A stretch of DNA of 35,872 nt from a virus. Taxonomy: Duplodnaviria; Caudoviricetes. The stretch covers positions 1 through 35,872 of IMG/VR virus record IMGVR_UViG_3300033123_000281, one strand, 5' to 3'. The position numbers and the translations under genes are program-made. The number at the start of each line of letters is the position of its first letter. Within the stretch, counting starts at the first letter, position 1. Below are positions 33,968-35,872 of this stretch, one piece after another. Under the pieces are notes generated by a model. That model did no database searches. It saw only the letters and a list, made by a program, of their open reading frames with translations, and was not told where the DNA came from.

Positions 33968-34239
33968 ACGTCCAATTCCTCTTGTGCCGCGTCGTTCATC
34001 GCCCTGGCGAGTTCGCTCCAATTGACATCTGCAAGGAACGCCATGGCGTAGTCACGCGCCAAGCCGGGCGTCGAGGTCTGCTCAATCACCTCGCCCGCGT
34101 ATTCCTTCAACCAGTCGGCCAGCTCGAAAATGTCAAAGCGGTCAAGGTTCCATTCTTCAAGATCCATGCCGTCGAAGATCTCAAGGTTCACGCGCCACGT
34201 GGCGTAATTCGTCCATCCGTTGTGCGTTGTGTTTGTCAT
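33964..34239 (-). CDS. Conserved acidic phage early protein (NGWTNYATWRVNL motif)
   Basis: GGGAG ribosome-binding site; NGWTNY.TW...L and DVNW.E.A motifs. Confidence 0.8.
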   Translation of the reverse strand: MTNTTHNGWTNYATWRVNLEIFDGMDLEEWNLDRFDIFELADWLKEYAGEVIEQTSTPGLARDYAMAFLADVNWSELARAMNDAAQEELDV

Positions 34240-34308
34240 GTTCGTTGCTCCCGTTAACACGCGCCCCTTGGCGCGCTATGAGCCAGCCCGTAGGCTGGCC
34301 TTAGCGCG

Positions 34309-34479
34309 TCACGGACAGCCGCTGTCAATGTAGTCCCACACGCCGCGCCGTTCCTGCATGTAATACACGCGGTCGGCGCGGCGCAGCTCAGCGTAACGCT
34401 TGCGCGTGATCTTGCGCGCGTCGAGCAGGGCGCGCAGCTGGCGCTTGCGGGCGGCAATGGTAAATTTTGGTGTGCGCAT
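34309..34479 (-). CDS. Small basic protein, 56 aa (MRTPKFTIAARKRQL...)
   Basis: ATG preceded by the CAACAACGGGAGAC leader. Confidence 0.65.
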   Translation of the reverse strand: MRTPKFTIAARKRQLRALLDARKITRKRYAELRRADRVYYMQERRGVWDYIDSGCP

Positions 34480-34504
34480 GTCTGTCTCCCGTTGTTGCGT
34501 TGCG

Positions 34505-34723
34505 TCAGGCGCGTGCGGCCTTGTCCCGCGCCCTGAGTTCCACCTGCGCCTGCGCGTCGCCGCCGCGCGCCATGTCAACCAGGGCGAACGTGTCGGCCGT
34601 GCCGTACTCAAACCGCCCGGCGCGCGGTGCGGCGTAGAGCGGCGCGTCAGCGCGATAGGGGCGCGATGCGAAGTCAGGCCGCGCGTTATACCAGCCATTA
34701 GATCCGAAGCTCATGATTGTCAT
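34505..34723 (-). CDS. Hypothetical protein, 72 aa
   Basis: Same CAACAACGGGAGAC leader; downstream of a promoter. Confidence 0.65.
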   Translation of the reverse strand: MTIMSFGSNGWYNARPDFASRPYRADAPLYAAPRAGRFEYGTADTFALVDMARGGDAQAQVELRARDKAARA

Positions 34724-34767
34724 TGTCGTCTCCCGTTGTTGCGGCGCGCTCTTGCGCCGGTTTGATT

Positions 34768-34796
34768 AACTTATCCAATGCGTTGCAGGCCGTCAA
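34768..34796 (-). promoter_or_regulatory. Early sigma70-like promoter
   Basis: Minus strand TTGACG, 17 nt, TAAGTT, with an upstream A-tract. Confidence 0.7.
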
Positions 34797-34860
34797 TCTT
34801 TTTCTTGCAAGCCGGGCGATTTATTTTTTGCCCGGCTTGCATCACGTTTGCGTGATGACG

Positions 34861-35028
34861 TTACGCCGCTTTCAGTTTGCGGTTCAGATCCGTCAGGTAT
34901 TGATACGCGCACGCCACGCGATACTTGTCGCGGTTGACGTGTTGCGCCGCCTGCGCGCTGAACAGTTCCGCAACCGCCTCGCCTGTGGCGATGCTGACGA
35001 CGATCCAAGATCCGCAAGATACTTTCAT
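34861..35028 (-). CDS. Hypothetical protein, 55 aa (MKVSCGSWIVVSIATGEAVAELF...)
   Basis: AAGGA ribosome-binding site; SW.V....TGEAV.E.F pattern. Confidence 0.65.
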   Translation of the reverse strand: MKVSCGSWIVVSIATGEAVAELFSAQAAQHVNRDKYRVACAYQYLTDLNRKLKAA

Positions 35029-35066
35029 GTGATGTTCCTTTTTTTTATCCAATGCGCAGGGCGCGT

Positions 35067-35156
35067 TTATGGGTTCAGCGCGATTGCGAGGCAAATCACG
35101 CCAGCGACAATTGCTGCGGCCGCTAGGGCGTCGATGATATCCGAGATGATACGCAT
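35067..35156 (-). CDS. Small hydrophobic peptide, 29 aa (MRIISDIIDALAAAAIVAGVICLAIALNP)
   Basis: First ORF after a strong promoter; GAAAGGAA ribosome-binding site. Confidence 0.55.
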   Translation of the reverse strand: MRIISDIIDALAAAAIVAGVICLAIALNP

Positions 35157-35188
35157 GGGTCCGTTTCCTTTCGTTTGCCTATGGACAG

Positions 35189-35217
35189 AACATAAGCGCG
35201 GCGCGCGCCCTTGTCAA
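35189..35217 (-). promoter_or_regulatory. Strong early sigma70-like promoter
   Basis: Minus strand TTGACA, 17 nt, TATGTT. Confidence 0.75.
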
Positions 35218-35219
35218 AC

Positions 35220-35660
35220 ACTTTCTTACAAGATAGCAAAAAAAATCGTTTGGCCACGCATTGTCATGCGTTGGCGTTGTTGCGCGGCGGGATTGCCAAC
35301 CGCTAAGTGCTTGATTGCGCGACCATTGTAGAGGGTTTTTGGTATTATTGTCTTTTTGTCATGATAAGTTAAAAAAGTTAAATAATATATAGAGAATCCT
35401 ATATGCTGGGATTTCCGCTCCCAAATCCCCGCGCTGTTGCTACCCCCCCCTTTTGTGATTGCCAATGGGGCAAAAACAGGCTTTTTTGCTTTAAAATCCG
35501 TGACTTAAGCATGGGTCAGGGCATCAAAAACAATGCCCAAAGCGTTGCCCAAAGAATTCACCTCTTGCGCCTTCGCGCCGCGCGGCGTATGATCTGCAAG
35601 CGTTTGGGCAATGACAAAACCGCCCAAACATCCATTGGCAATCTAGGCAACCGCAAAAAG
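35220..35660. other. Non-coding AT-rich region with repeated TTG(C)CCAA/TTG(G)GCAA motifs; candidate replication origin
   Basis: AT-rich core at about 35341-35400 flanked by about eight short motifs in both orientations; no convincing ORF. Confidence 0.5.
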
Positions 35661-35668
35661 GTTAGGCC

Positions 35669-35872
35669 ATGAAATCCATCGCCAGCTCCGGCCGCGTCGA
35701 AACTTTCGAGCATCTCCAGGCGCTGCTGTTCGAGCCTGTCATGACGCGCAAGCGGTTTGTTCCGCTGCTCTCATACCTTCGCCAGTTTCTGCCGGCAGCT
35801 ATCGATGTGCAGCAGAGCAAGCCGAACGGTGTGGTGCGCGTCATCGTCACCTGCGCTGACGGCGACGTGTAC
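35669..35872 (+). CDS. Hypothetical protein (MKSIASSGRVETFEHLQ...), open at the window end; 81 aa if joined to 1-42
   Basis: ATG 35669 after AAAGG; no stop before the window end. Confidence 0.6.
   Translation, partial: MKSIASSGRVETFEHLQALLFEPVMTRKRFVPLLSYLRQFLPAAIDVQQSKPNGVVRVIVTCADGDVY

Noticed and set aside
1-35872. Prophage boundaries, integrase, tRNA genes or stop-codon recoding
   Set aside because: No att-like flanks, host genes, recombinase motifs or cloverleafs were seen; genes are intact in the standard code with all three stops used.

Overview
The window looks like a complete or near-complete, circularly permuted genome of a GC-rich tailed phage with a P22-like (podovirus) virion module. 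One ORF reads in frame across the end/start junction. Plus strand, 227-21262: terminase small and large subunits split by an HNH-AP2 endonuclease, P22-type portal, a Dps/ferritin-like protein, scaffold, coat, head-tail and tail proteins, ejection proteins, holin and GH108 endolysin, with an antisense NUMOD4-HNH inserted in the tail genes. Minus strand, 21231-24052: SNF2-type helicase, C5 cytosine methyltransferase and VRR-NUC nuclease. Plus strand, 24141-31046: DUF2800-like exonuclease, putative SSB, intein-containing PolA and primase-helicase. Minus strand, 31083-35156: small early genes, followed by an AT-rich repeat region that may be the origin. I saw no integrase, repressor, tRNA or CRISPR. 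The most striking signals are two dual-coding loci. (1) A PolA intein whose HNH endonuclease is written in the +1 frame inside the intein. (2) A methyltransferase whose second subunit is overprinted in the +1 frame and carries three cassette-like modules bounded by a junction conserved in both frames. All family calls come from motif recognition by eye; no database search was run.
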